Below are positions 1-12,155 of a stretch of DNA of 64,000 bases, one piece after another. A program made the translations under genes and the position numbers. Position 1 is the first letter of the stretch, and each line of letters begins with the position of its first letter. Origin of the DNA: Leucoraja ocellata (taxonomy: Eukaryota); the NCBI GenBank assembly GCA_036785375.1, contig JAWMAR010003093.1, forward strand, positions 1 through 64,000, given 5' to 3'. The notes under the pieces are model-generated. The model saw only the letters and a list, made by a program, of their open reading frames with translations, did no database searches and was not told the origin of the DNA.

Positions 1-313
1 TGGATAAGGGAGAACCAGTGGATGTGTTATATCTGGACTTTCAGAAGGCTTTCGAGCAAGGTCCCACATAAAAGATTAGTACGCAAACTTTAAAGCACAC
101 GGTATTGGGGCTTCAGTATTGATGTGGATAGAGAACTTGCTGGCAGACAGGAAGCAAAGAGTAGGAGTTAAACAGGTCCTTTTCAGAATGGCATGCAGTG
201 ACTAGTGGGGTACCGCATGGCTCAGTGCTGGGACCCCAGCTATTTACTATATATATTGATGATTTGGCCGAGGGAATTGGATGCAACCTCCATGTTTGTG
301 GATCACACGAAGC

Positions 314-345
<32 letters not shown>

Positions 346-1240
346 TTAGCTGTGAGGAGGATGCTAGGAGGCTGCAAGATAACTTGGATAGGCTGGGTGA
401 ATGGGCAAATGCATGGCAGATGCAGTATGATGTGGATAAATGTGAGGTTGTCCACTTTGGTGGCAAGAACAGGTGAGTAGACTATTATCTGAATGGTGGC
501 CGATTAGGAAAAGGGGAGATGCAACGAGACCTGGGTGTCATGGTACACCAGTCTTTGAAAGTTGGCATGCAGGTGCAGCAGGCAGTGAAGAAAGCGAATG
601 GTATGTTGGCATTCATAGCAAAAAGGTTTTGAGTATAGGAGCAGGGAGGTTCTATTGCAGCTGTACAGGGCCTTGGTGAGACCACACCTGGAGTATTCCG
701 TACAGTTTTTGTCTCCTTATCTGAGGAAAGACATTCTTGCCATAGAGGGAGTACAGAGAAGGATCACCACACTGATTCATGGTATGGCAGTACTTCCATA
801 TGAAGCACGACTGGATAGACTCGGCTTCTACTCGCTAGAATTTGGAAGATTGAAGGGGGGGGGGTCTTATAGAAACTTACAACATTCATAACGGGATGGA
901 CAGGCTAGATTGTTCCCGATTTTGGGGAGTCCAGAACAAGGGGTCACAGTTTAAGGATAAGGGGGAAGTATTTTAGGACCGAGATGAGAAAGAAAAATCA
1001 ATCTGAGAGTAGTGAATCTGTGGAATTCTCTGTCACAAAAAGTAATCGAGGTCAGTTCATTGGCTATATTGAAGAGGGAGTTGGATGTGGACCTTGTGGC
1101 TAAAGGGATCTGCGGGTATGGAGTGAAGGCAGGTACAGGATACTGAGCTGGATGATCAGCCATGGTCATATTGAATGGCGGTGCAGGCTCGAAGGGCCGA
1201 ATGGCCTACTCCTGCACCTATTTTCTATGTTTCTCTGTTA
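1..1240 (+). mobile_element. CR1 LINE 3' part (RT C-terminus, frameshifted)
   Basis: [41 protein letters not shown]; ctatgtttct tail. Confidence 0.9.
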
Positions 1241-3648
1241 CTATAACATTAGCTATACTTCCATCCACAGGAACAGACCCTGAATCGATTGAACATTGGT
1301 CAATGATCACCAATGCGTCCACTATTTGTAGAGCCACCTCCATGAGGATCCTGGGATGCAGACCATCAGACCCAGGGGATTTATCATCCTTCCGTCCCAT
1401 TCGCCTAACCAATTCTATTTCTCGCCTAACGAAAATGTATTTCAGTTCCGCTACCCCTCAGATCCTCTGTCCTCCAATACATCTGGGAGATTGTTTGTGT
1501 CTTCTTCTGTTCTTCTAAGACAGATCCGAAGTACCAGTTCAACTATTCTGCCATTTCATTATTACCCATAATAATTTCACCCGTGTCTGTCTTCAAGAGA
1601 CCCACATTTGACTTTGCTACTTTTTCCCCTTAACATATCTAAAGAAGCGTTTATAGTCCCTCCTGATGTTCTTGACCAACTTCCACTCACACTTAATCTT
1701 CTCAGCTCCTATTGCACGTTTTGTTTCCTTCTGTTGCCCTATGAACGTTTCCCAATCCTATGGCTTATGGCTACTTTTTGCTGTGTCATACATCTTTTCT
1801 TTTAATTTTATTCTATTCTGAACGTCTCGTGTCAGCCGCGGTTGCCTCCTACTCACCTTTGAATCTTTCTTCCTTTTTCGAATGAAATTATCCTGTGTCT
1901 TCCGGTTTATGCCCAGAAATTCCTGCCATTGCTGTTCCATCGTCATTCCTGCTAGGATGCCTTTCCGGTCTACCTTGGCCAGCTCCCCTCCCATGCCTTC
2001 ATAGTCCCCTTTGTTCAACTACATCACTGACATTTCCGAGTTAATCTTCCCCTTCTCAAATTGCAGATTAAAACTAATCATATTATGATCACTACCTCCA
2101 AACGGTTCCTTACCTCGAGTTCTCTTATCAAATCTGGTTGATTGGACAACACTAAATCTAGAATTCTCTGGTCGGCTCCATTACAAGCTGCTATAATAAC
2201 CCATCTCGGAGGCACCAAAGTGGCATTACCTTAGTTACATGCCCGTTTTAACTCCTGCTGCAACTTACACGCTACATCCGGGCTATTATTTGGGGGTCTG
2301 TAGATAACACCAGTTAGTGTTCTTGCCTTTACAATTCTTCAACTGCAGCCACGTGTCAGTAATCCCCACAATGTCATATCTACCAACCAATAACTAAGCC
2401 TCAAGCACATCTACTTTACTTCTTATACTTTGCGCATTCATATACAATACTTTTAATTCCTTACGCATCTCACCTTTCACATCGATCCCTATTACACTTG
2501 GCCATAGTCTCCTATCCCTTTGTGAGCTTTCTTTTCCATTAATTCTGGGGGTCATTAACTATCCATTTACTCTTTTTCCCTTTAACTCTATCCTTGGCTA
2601 TCCCATTTGACCCCCCCCCCCCCCCTTAGTCAGTTTAAAACCACCAGTGTAGCAGTGTCAAACCTGCCTGCCAGAATGCAAGTGTCCCACCTGATAAAGT
2701 GCAATCAGTCCCTTTTGTACAGTTACCCCTTACTCCAAAAGATCCCAGTGTTCTAAGAATCTAAATCCCTGCCCCCTGCACCAGGTCCTCAGGCACGCAT
2801 TCAGGACCTGTATCTCCCTGTTCCTGCTCTCGCCAACACGAGGAACTGGAAGCAACCCGGAGATAACAACTCTGGAGGTCCTGCGCTTCAGCAATTTTCC
2901 GAGCTCTCTCAAGTCACGCTAAAGAATATTCACCCCCTTCTTTCCGACATCGTTTGTGCCAATATGTACAATTAAGGGATTGAAGATTAGGGGTAACATG
3001 AGGGGGAACTTCTTTACTCAGAGAGTGGTGGCTGTGTGGAATGAGCTTCCAGTGAAGGTGGTAGAGGCAGGTTCGTTTTTATATTTTAAACATAAATTGG
3101 ATAGTTATATGGACGGTAAAGGAATGGAGGGGTATGGCCTGAGCGCAGGTATATGGGACTAGGGAAGAATACGTGTTCGGCATGCACTAGAAGGGTCGAG
3201 ATGGCCTGTTTCCGTGCTGTAATTGTTATACGGTTATATGGTTATATGGTTATATGGTTATATGGTTATATGCACCACCACTTCCGGCTATTCACCTACG
3301 CCCTTGAGGATTTTCTGCTCTGTGTCCGTGACAACCTGGATCCTGGCATCAGGGAGGCAACGCTCGATCATCGAACCCCGTCTGTTGCCGCAGGAACCCC
3401 TGTCCGTACCTCTCACAATGGAGTTTCCAAGTCCCACGGCGTTGCCTGACGTCGGCCTCTTTGGATTTGGCTCAACAGCACCAGGCTCAACGCAAGCCAG
3501 TCCGCCGCTCAATGTGTTAACGTCTTCTGTCCCGACAGCTTCTAAGTGGGTGAGCCCGTTCTCAAGAGGTACAATACCCGGGGACCTTTGCATTCCATGT
3601 CTCCTTCCCTTTCTCACTGTCACCCACCTTCTCTCCTCCAGTACCTTA
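1241..3648 (-). mobile_element. CR1 LINE 5' part (ORF1 esterase-like domain, endonuclease remnants), interrupted at ~2967-3270 by a + strand CR1 3' end with (GGTTATAT)n tail
   Basis: Decayed GNSIVRG...CLPDARIQ, VVISGLLPVPR...WCRGQGFRFL, KGDYEGM, KSPGSDGLHPRIL. Confidence 0.85.
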
Positions 3649-3900
3649 GAAACACAGAAACATAAAAACATAGAAAATAGGTGCAGCAGTAGGCTATTCG
3701 GTCCTTCGAGCCTGCACCGCCATTCAATATGATCATGACTGATCATCCAACTCTGTATCCCATACCTGCCTTCTCTCCATACCTCCTGATTCCTTTAGCC
3801 ACAAGGTCCACATCTAACTCCCTCTTAAATATAGCCAATGAACTGGCCTCAATCACCTTCTGTGGCAGAGAATTCCACAGATTCACCACTCTCGGAGTAA
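3649..3900 (-). mobile_element. CR1 3' end with (CATAGAAA)-type tail
   Basis: FTPRVVNLWNSLPQKVIEA...; paralog at ~20293-20545. Confidence 0.85.
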
Positions 3901-4320
3901 AACATGCTTTTCTCCTCTCGGACCTAGGTTTAGTTAGCTGCAGCAAAAAATGGAGAATGATGAAATAAATATTTAGAGATATATAAACTGATAACAACAG
4001 TATTTTGGGGACGAAATGTGTTTTGCTTGAGCTGCTTGCGCCAGTTGTGATCTCCATTGGGATCAATGTCCATTTGTGACGTGGCGCCACTTTCCACCGC
4101 CATCTGTTCTGAACTGGATTTACCAACAAACTCTGCATCCATCGTATCCAGCCGCCTCGCCTCCAACTGAATGGCAATAGCACTACTATTCCGGTCCTCG
4201 ACTCTTCCCCCTGATCACACTATTCTTATATAAACCCATCTCTGATTGTTCCTGTAAGCACTCAGGTTACAAATCTGCTTAATATAATGAGTTTACAATG
4301 TACATTAAAGATTAACTCTT

Positions 4321-5388
4321 GTGTTTAAGAGGGAACTGCAGATGCTGGAGAATCGAGGGTTACACAAAAAAGCTGGAGAAACTCAGCGGGTGCAGCAGCA
4401 TCTATGGAGCGAAGGAAATAGGCAACGTTTCGGGCCGAAACGTCCTCACTATTCAGGGAACGGGGGCTCCCCTCCTCCACCATAAATGAGGCTCGCACCA
4501 GGGTCTCTTCCATACCCCGCAACACTGCTCTCTCTCCCCATCCCCGCACTCGCAACAAGGACCGAGTCCCCCTAGTCCTCACCTTTCACCCCACCAGCCG
4601 TCACATACAAAAAGTAATCCTCCGTCAGTTTCGCCACCTCCAACGTGACCCCACCACTCGCCACATCTTCCCATCTCCCCCCATATCTGCCTTCCGCAAA
4701 GACCGCTCCCTCCATAACTCCCTTGTCAATTAGTCCCTTCGCTCTCGGTCCACCCCTTCCCCGGGCACTTTCCCTTGCAACCGCAAGAGATGCAACACTT
4801 GTCCCTTTACCTCCCCCCTCGACTCCGTTCAAGGACCCAAGCAATCGTTCCAGGTGCGACAGAGGTTTACCTGCATCTCTTCCAACCTCATCTATTGCGT
4901 CCGCTGCTCTAGATGTCAGCAGATCTATATCGGTGAGACCAAGCGGAGGTTGGGCGATCGTTTCGCCGAACACCTCCGCTCGGTCCGCAATAACCAAGCT
5001 GACCTCCCGGTGGCTCAGCACTTCAACTGCCCCTCCCACTCCGTCTCCGACCTCTCTGTCCTGGGTCTCGTCCATGGCCACAGCGAGCAGCACGGCAAAT
5101 TGGAGGAACAGAACCTCATATTCCGTTTGGGGAGTCTGCACCCCGGGGGCATGAACATCGAATTCTCCCAATTTTGTTAGTCCTTGCTGTCTCCTCCCCT
5201 TCCTCAGCCCCCCTGCTGTCTCCTCCCTTCCCCCAGCCTTCGGGCTACTCCTCCTTTTCCCTTTCTTGTCCCCACCCACCCCCGCCCCCGATCAGTCTGA
5301 AGAAGGGTTTCGGCCCGAAACGTTGCCTATTTCCTTCGCTCCATAGATGCTGCTGCACCCGCTGAGTTTCTCCAGCTTTGTGTAACCC
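4321..5388 (+). mobile_element. 5'-truncated Penelope-like element (Neptune-type) with GIY-YIG endonuclease and inverted terminal pLTR copy
   Basis: ORF 4854..5180 (NLIYCVRC...IYIGETKR...RFAEH) is a PLE GIY-YIG. Upstream linker GTFPCNRKRCNTCP. ~4355-4441 is the reverse complement of ~5308-5388. 14-bp target duplication aaagatt(a/c)actctt at 4307-4320 and 5389-5402. Empty site at 20947-20960. Confidence 0.88.
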
Positions 5389-5496
5389 AAAGATTCACTC
5401 TTCACCAGTTGCAACCAACGGCGGCGGACGGTGTTTATACAAGCAAGGGAATCTAATTATATTTTAAGGAAGCAGAGTCTAGGGCGGCAAAGCGAA

Positions 5497-6010
5497 GTCG
5501 CCCAATTATAGGAAGGATGTCAACAAAATAGAGAGAGTACAGAGGAGATTTACTAGAATTTGCCTGGGTTTCAACAACTAAGTTACAGAGAAAGGTTGAA
5601 TAAGTTAGGTCTTTATTCTCTGGCGCGCAGAAGGTTAAGGGCGACTTGATAGAGGTCTTTAAAATGATGAGAGGGATAGACAGAGTTGGTGTGGAAAAGC
5701 TTTTCCCTTTGATAATAGGGAAGATTCAAACAAGAGGACATGACTTCAGAATTAAGGGATAGAAGTTTAGGGGTAATATGAGGGGGGACGTCTTTACTCA
5801 GTGAGTGGTAGCTGTGTGGAATGAGCTTCCGGTGGAAGTGGTGGAAGCAGGTTAATTGGTACAATTTAAAAATAAATTGGATAGGCATATGGATGAGAAG
5901 GGAATGTAGGGTTATGGTATGAGTGCAGGCAGGTGGGACTAAGGGAAGATAATTGTTCGGCACGGACTTGTAGGGCCGGGATGGCCTGTTTCCATGCTGT
6001 AATTGTTATT
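5497..6010 (+). mobile_element. CR1 3' fragment
   Basis: SPNYRKDVNKIERVQRRFTR...VAVWNELP; paralog at ~21056-21570. Confidence 0.85.
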
Positions 6011-6584
6011 TGGAGAAGGTTCGCGTTTGTGATTGGTCATAGAGCAAATTCGTCTGGCATTTATCTCCCAAGCCATTACCCCAGCGCAGACGCTGCAGTT
6101 CTGCAGATGCAAAGTATTGAGAATGAAAACAAGAGGAAACAGCTTGAAAGGATGATTCTCGGACGTGTGCATCGTGCGTAGAACTCCGCAGTTGGGAAGA
6201 CATTGAGAATGATGGAAGAGGCTTCCAATTAAAATGTAACTGATTACGAAAAACAAGGAATCTTTCTGCTGTTAGTGCCAGCTAAGATATTTATGAGGAT
6301 TAGGGTTGATTGGTGATTTTTGACTTGGCGGCAACTTCTGCACAAATCTTTCCATAACATTATTTACAATCAAACCCTCCATACTTTGAATCCAACAGCC
6401 AAGCCTTCAGCTCTCAATGCCAATAGGTCCACAATTCTGTTCCTCAGCCGTTCCATGCCCACCACTCTTTTCTATTTGCGGCCATCTATGTTCCATGTAA
6501 GTACCCAGACCACAATTCTTGATTCACATCTTGTAAACGGCTTCTCCTACCTTTGTGCAATAATATGTATATAAACACATATAT

Positions 6585-6875
6585 TTCGTTTAGGGATACA
6601 GCGCGGAAACAGGCCCTTCGGCTCACAAAGTCCGCGTTGATCAGCGATTCCCGCACACTAACACAATTCTGCGCACTGGAGATATTTTACCATTTTACCG
6701 AAACTCCAAACTGATACGTCTTTGGAGTACTCGAGGAGACCAGGATAAAACGCTTCTTGGAGAACGGACAACTCGTCACGCGGATAACGGACAAACTCCG
6801 TGCAGGCAACAACCGTGGCCAGGGTCAAACCCGGATCTCTGGCTGTTTCGGACAACAACGCTACCGCTGCGGCGC
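6585..6875 (-). mobile_element. tRNA-derived V-SINE (HE1/MER6-like)
   Basis: Minus strand has a tRNA-like head (gagatccgggtttgacc B-box-like) and a CR1-like tail (gccgaagggcctgtttccgcgctgta). Paralog at ~22140-22430; relatives at ~38400-38690 and ~53345-53645. Confidence 0.7.
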
Positions 6876-8934
6876 GTGGCCTCCGTCCCCGTTCTGCAGC
6901 GGGCGAATCAGTCATACCGGGCTGGTCATCAGTTATAGGCGATTGAGGTCTGGCCTAGCCGGTGATACTCTGTCGGCGGTGGGCTGCCTACTGCTGGGTT
7001 TGGCCGCGGCTAGATCGCATTTGTCCGCGCGATGGCCACATTCGATACACATGCAGGTTTGCCGTTTAATTTGTCTCTGTAACTGTTCCTGTATGCAGGA
7101 GAGAGGTTGTGTGTGGGTACTTGCTGGACGGCGCGGACGGGATGGAGCGAAGGGACAGTCTTCACTCTGTAAACTAAACTTGAGAAAACTCAAGCAATGT
7201 ATTATAGTTCACTTTACAATTCGTTCTCTTCTGAAACGGCTCGAAGTTAGATTGTTTCCCTTTCAAAGTCAGTATCGTGTAACTGAAATGTAACTAGCAG
7301 ATCGAAGAGTTGTCACCGGAAGTAAAGATAATGATATGTTTCTGGCTTCCTCTTCACAATTCTTTATTCTTCCAAGTACTTTTTAGATAGAAAGAACAAA
7401 AGATGAAAAACTATTTTGTTCTTAACATAAATCCTATTAAAACGCAGTCAAAAATATATGCGGGATTGATTCGAATTGATCGGAGAGCACCTTGGTTCGG
7501 TTTGAATAATTACAATTGTTGAAACAGAATCTCTTGCTTGTTTCATATTGCTCCTGTTCTTCAACGACGAATAAATATCCACCTGGTGAACTTGGCCAAC
7601 ACATTCCTAAGTGTTCATAATTTGAGTGTTAATAATAAATAGATCTTGGACTATATCGACTAAACCTGGTGTTTTTATTCCTGTATTGAAAGAAGTTGCG
7701 CAACGTCTGGGGGCAGATAAATCCTCGGTAACCCGTCATGGTCAATGTGTGTCTGCAACAACAGAGGTGCAGCTGTAGAAACGCTGCCGAATATGGCAGT
7801 GCCCCAATGCGTTATTTCATCGAATCTGCTTTTTAACATTAGGACCGAACTCTCTCTTCAGTACATGAATGTATTTTTATTGCTAATATTATGCCAATCT
7901 CCGTTCAGTCACCATTCAAATACACTTTACTGATTGCACCTGGAGAATTCCGTTTTGTAGAAAAACAAATAGCCTTGAACATTAAACTTATTTTTCGCCT
8001 TACAACTGCTGCCTTGCCGCTGGAGATTTATTTTATTTTCTGTGCAATTGTACATGTTCAGTATCTGCGGTAGTTTGTACTTTATTAAACTGCGTCCTAT
8101 TGCAGCTGGTCCAAATTCGGCGCATGTTCTGCTGTATAAGCCAAATATGCAGGGTTCAGCCATTGCCTGAAAATGAAATACTTCGTTGAACAGCAGGCAC
8201 AATCACTGTTCACAATCACTGCACCTCTTCGGAATTCCTGTAGCCATTGCGAAATTAATACCAAACTTCCTAAACCTGGTCCAGACTCTGTCTGTTTTGG
8301 AACTTACAACATAGAACATACAGCAAAATATCGTTCAGTTTAGTTTATTGCCTCGTGTACCGAGGTACATTGGAAAGCTTTTGTTACGTGCTATCCAGTC
8401 AGCAGAAAGACAACACATGATTGTAATCGAGCCATTCGCAGTATTAAAGATACATGATAAGGGAACAAGGTTTAATGCAAGGTGAAGCCAGCATAGCCCG
8501 ATCAATGGTGCTCGGGTCAGCATCTAGATGGATCAGTTGAAGAACAGATTTTGAGTTCACAATGTTCCTGTCGACCCGATACCAAGACCAGCTCCGATCT
8601 ATCTGCGCGTAATCAATATTCTTCCATTCCCTGCAGAATCATATCTCCATCCAAAACTATTTTACACTATACTATCGTATCCTCCTTAACCAGCAGCGCG
8701 TTATAAACACTCGCCACACTTTGTGTAAAACGTAGCGCCGCAGATTTGCTTTAAATGTTGCCCTTCTTAGCATAAAGCTGTGCCCTCTTCGATACATTTT
8801 TTCCATTCTGGGAAAATCAAAGTTCTGACAATCTACCGGGTCGCATAAGTTTACATAACTCAACCAGTTGTACCCGCAATCTCCGACGTTCCAGAGGGAT
8901 AACAATCCAAATATCGATTGGTCAATCTCTCCCT

Positions 8935-9241
8935 CTAAACAGTCCATGCTCTCACCCCAACCAATGGACTGTTTACCCTCCTACCATCCGGGAGGCGCTA
9001 CAGGTCTCTCCGTTGCCGAACCAGCAGGTCGAGGAACAGATTCTTTCCGGCGGCTGTCTCTCTACTCAACAACGTACCTCGGTGACTGCCAATCACCACC
9101 CCCCTTCCCCCCGGACACTTATTATTATTTATTCAAATCGTTCGCTATGTCACTCTTCAAGGGAGATGCTAAATGCATTTCGTTGTCTCTGTACTGTACA
9201 CTGACAATGACAATTCAAATTGAATCTGAATCTGAATCTGA
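8935..9241 (+). mobile_element. Rex1/L2-type LINE 3' fragment with (GAATCT)n tail
   Basis: LFTLLPSGRRYRSLRCRTSR motif; absent from the paralog at ~24552. Confidence 0.8.
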
Positions 9242-9489
9242 ACTATCTGATACCCGCTAATCCAGCCACAATGCGCAACTGAGCAACTGCGGCTGTAAAA
9301 CACGCTGTTCTTATTAAGTTTCTCCATCTTGCTGAATTGGCAAAGTCATTCACTAATGGCCTTGTTGCCGGTCACCAGTTTGTGCAGCGTTGTAGTTTAG
9401 TTAATTTACATTAGTTTGGTGGAGTTAAAGTAACCTAAACAAATACAATTACAAAAACAATACTAACCAAAAAAACACAAATGAATGAC

Positions 9490-10100
9490 CAGGTACACTA
9501 CACCCACTGGCTCTCCCTTGTCCATTTTCCTACTACCATCCTTAAACAAAATCCAGAAGATTAGTCAAGTATGATTTCCCCTTCGTAAATCCATGCTGAC
9601 TCGGACCGATCCTGTCACTGCTATCCAAATGTGCCGCTATTTCATCTTTTTATAATTGATTCCAGCATCTTCCCCACCACCGATATCAGGCTAACTGGTC
9701 TATAATTCCCTGTTTTCTCTCTCCCGCCTTTCTTAAAAAGTACGATAACTTTTGCTACCCTCCAATCCACAGGAACTGATCCTGAATCTATGGAACATTA
9801 TAAAATTATCACCAATGCAACCACGAATTCTAGAGCCATTTCCTTAAGTGCCCTGGGATGCAGACTATCAGGCCTTGGGGCTTTATTAGCCTTCAGTCCC
9901 ATCAGTCTACCCAACACCATTTCATGCCTAATGTGGATGTAATTCAGTTCCTTCCTCACCCATATCCTCTGGCCACTACTACATCAGGAACATTGTCTGT
10001 GTCCTCCTTAGTGAAGACGGATCCAAAGTACCTGTTCAACTCATCTGCCATTTCCTTGTACCCCATAATAAATTCATTTTTTTCAGTCTTCAAGGGTCCA
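9490..10100 (-). mobile_element. CR1 ORF2 fragment
   Basis: EMADELNRYFGSVFTKED, NYRPVSL, SQHGF; paralog at ~24800-25400. Confidence 0.85.
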
Positions 10101-12074
10101 GTCTTCAAGGATGTAGTTGAGGCAGGTACTGTCGCAACGTTTAAGAAATAATGCGACAAGTACATGGATAAGATATGTTCAGAGGAATATGGGCCACTCG
10201 TAGGCAGGTGGGGTTTGCAGATGGGGTTCCTTGGTCATCGTGGGCAGGTTGTGCCGGAGGACTATTTTTCACGATGTATGACACTAGAACTCTATGCCAA
10301 CATCGAAGAACAACAAGTCGCTTTCTGCTTGTGCAAGGCACACGTTTCTGGAGTTAACATCCGAGTCTTCAACGTTACTAAATCTCTTTTTCGCTAATTT
10401 GGAAGAACATTCGGCACATCGACGTCTGTCTTGATTATATAGTCTCTCGTGGTAACGTCCACAACGTGAAATGTCAATTCACCACATCGTTCGTTCCAGA
10501 GAATTGAAATATCCTGACCTATACAGTCTCTCTCGGAATTGAACGTCTCCAGTCCTGCAAAAACGTTGCCGTTAATACGCTGCCACTCCCCAGATTAATG
10601 GTATCAATGCGAACATATTGCGATCTGGAGAACATCGCACGTGCGGTCTCGCCAACGTCCCAGACTAGATTGTTAAACTCCACTTACACCCAACTGCGTG
10701 CGATTCCAGCAGTGAAATAAGCCCACACATCAAGCTGCTGAGGAGGAAAAAATCCTATCATCCACATTCAAATTGACTCGCATTGGTTGGAAGCAAATTG
10801 TTCATGAACAAGATGGAGAAAAGGCCCTGTTTCTGTGCTGTGTAACATGCAACTACCACTTACAGTGAGAGTTGGTTCAATATACCTGCCCCCCCCCGTG
10901 AGGGAGAGTATGCGCTGCGTCCCTTTAAATAGTTACCGTCTTATTTTATACTCCTGTCCTCTTTTAGAGACCTATATCCGAGGAACACATTAAAATATTT
11001 CAACTGATCAACTTGTCACATTTTAATTCTGCATAACTCCTCATAGTTTTATTCGCTGCTGAGAGATACCGTTTCTGCATTCTACAGTCCATCTCATAAT
11101 TCACACTGTCCAATATTAGTACCATTCGTGCGAGGAGAGTTGCATACTCCCTAGTTTAAATGGATCCTTAATAAATTATTTCGAAAAATAATATCCCTCC
11201 ACCTGTGGTGTACTGCTCTGTGAAGTTTTTGTCTGTGAATTGCTTAGGTCGAGTGCAGCAAACATGACACTTCTTTCTTTGGTCAAGACTTTCTTCAGGA
11301 TGATGTATCCCCAAACATTTACAGCCGGTGAGATTCTCCTTAACCGATTCAATCATCTTGTACATCAACATTCTTGATATCTCCAACGGATCATTGAATT
11401 GAGAAGATGTCTCCCTAATATCCGGAATAACATCAAATGCTGTTCACCTCTGTGTTTTATGAATTAACACATGTATTTAAAGATAATCTGTTGATCAAGA
11501 ATATTTCTTGCCGTTGTATATTTCCAGTCAGTTGTCACATTACACATTATATTCGCTTATTCTTTACTTCATGAAGTGGCAACAGTTGAAATACATTAAT
11601 GCTGCTGTTGTAGCTGAATTGTATACGATGTCGTCTAGAAGGTTCCCTGTGGTTTACATCATTTAGACCCTGCCAAAAAATGATTATCTTTCCGTTTGAA
11701 AGGCAGCTACACGGATAATGCAAGATGAAATTATTAATGGGTGCATATGAAATGATGGGAACGGTGTCTGGAAAATGCATTGCAAATTCTACAAGTAATA
11801 TACTGTATTACATCGTAGCTTGTGTGCATAAATGATACATGACACGAATTTTGCTGCATCTGTGTGCCACGCGTTACAAGTTAAAAATAGAATGTTCACT
11901 CGTATTTTACAGTTCCTTAGTTCTGTTGGTGCTCAGCTGGTGCCTGAGTAGTGAGCGGTCGCATAATGAGTTTGATCGCTTTGCATCACATGGGAGCAAA
12001 CTATTTGTTCAACGGTCCACAATAAATGTCCGCGGGGAGGTGAACGCACGCAGTCCTTAAGTTTTTTCTAAGAA

Positions 12075-12117
12075 TATAAATATAGCGCTGTTTGACTTCT
12101 CACTTTGACTCCTATAA
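12075..12117 (+). promoter_or_regulatory. Candidate TATA elements upstream of GPCR copy 1
   Basis: TATAAAT at 12075 and TATAA at 12113, 81 and 43 nt before the ATG. The second is kept in all four copies; the first is deleted in copy 3. Confidence 0.3.
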
Positions 12118-12155
12118 GTTTTGCACTGCATAACTGCGGACGGCTTGAAGGAAAA

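Noticed and set aside
3230-3272. (GGTTATAT)n and other short periodic arrays
   Set aside because: Ordinary LINE 3' tails, not CRISPR or satellite.
8095-8170. Weak tRNA-Ile-like similarity (tgctgtataagccaaa...gggttc)
   Set aside because: Too degenerate; no cloverleaf could be built by eye.
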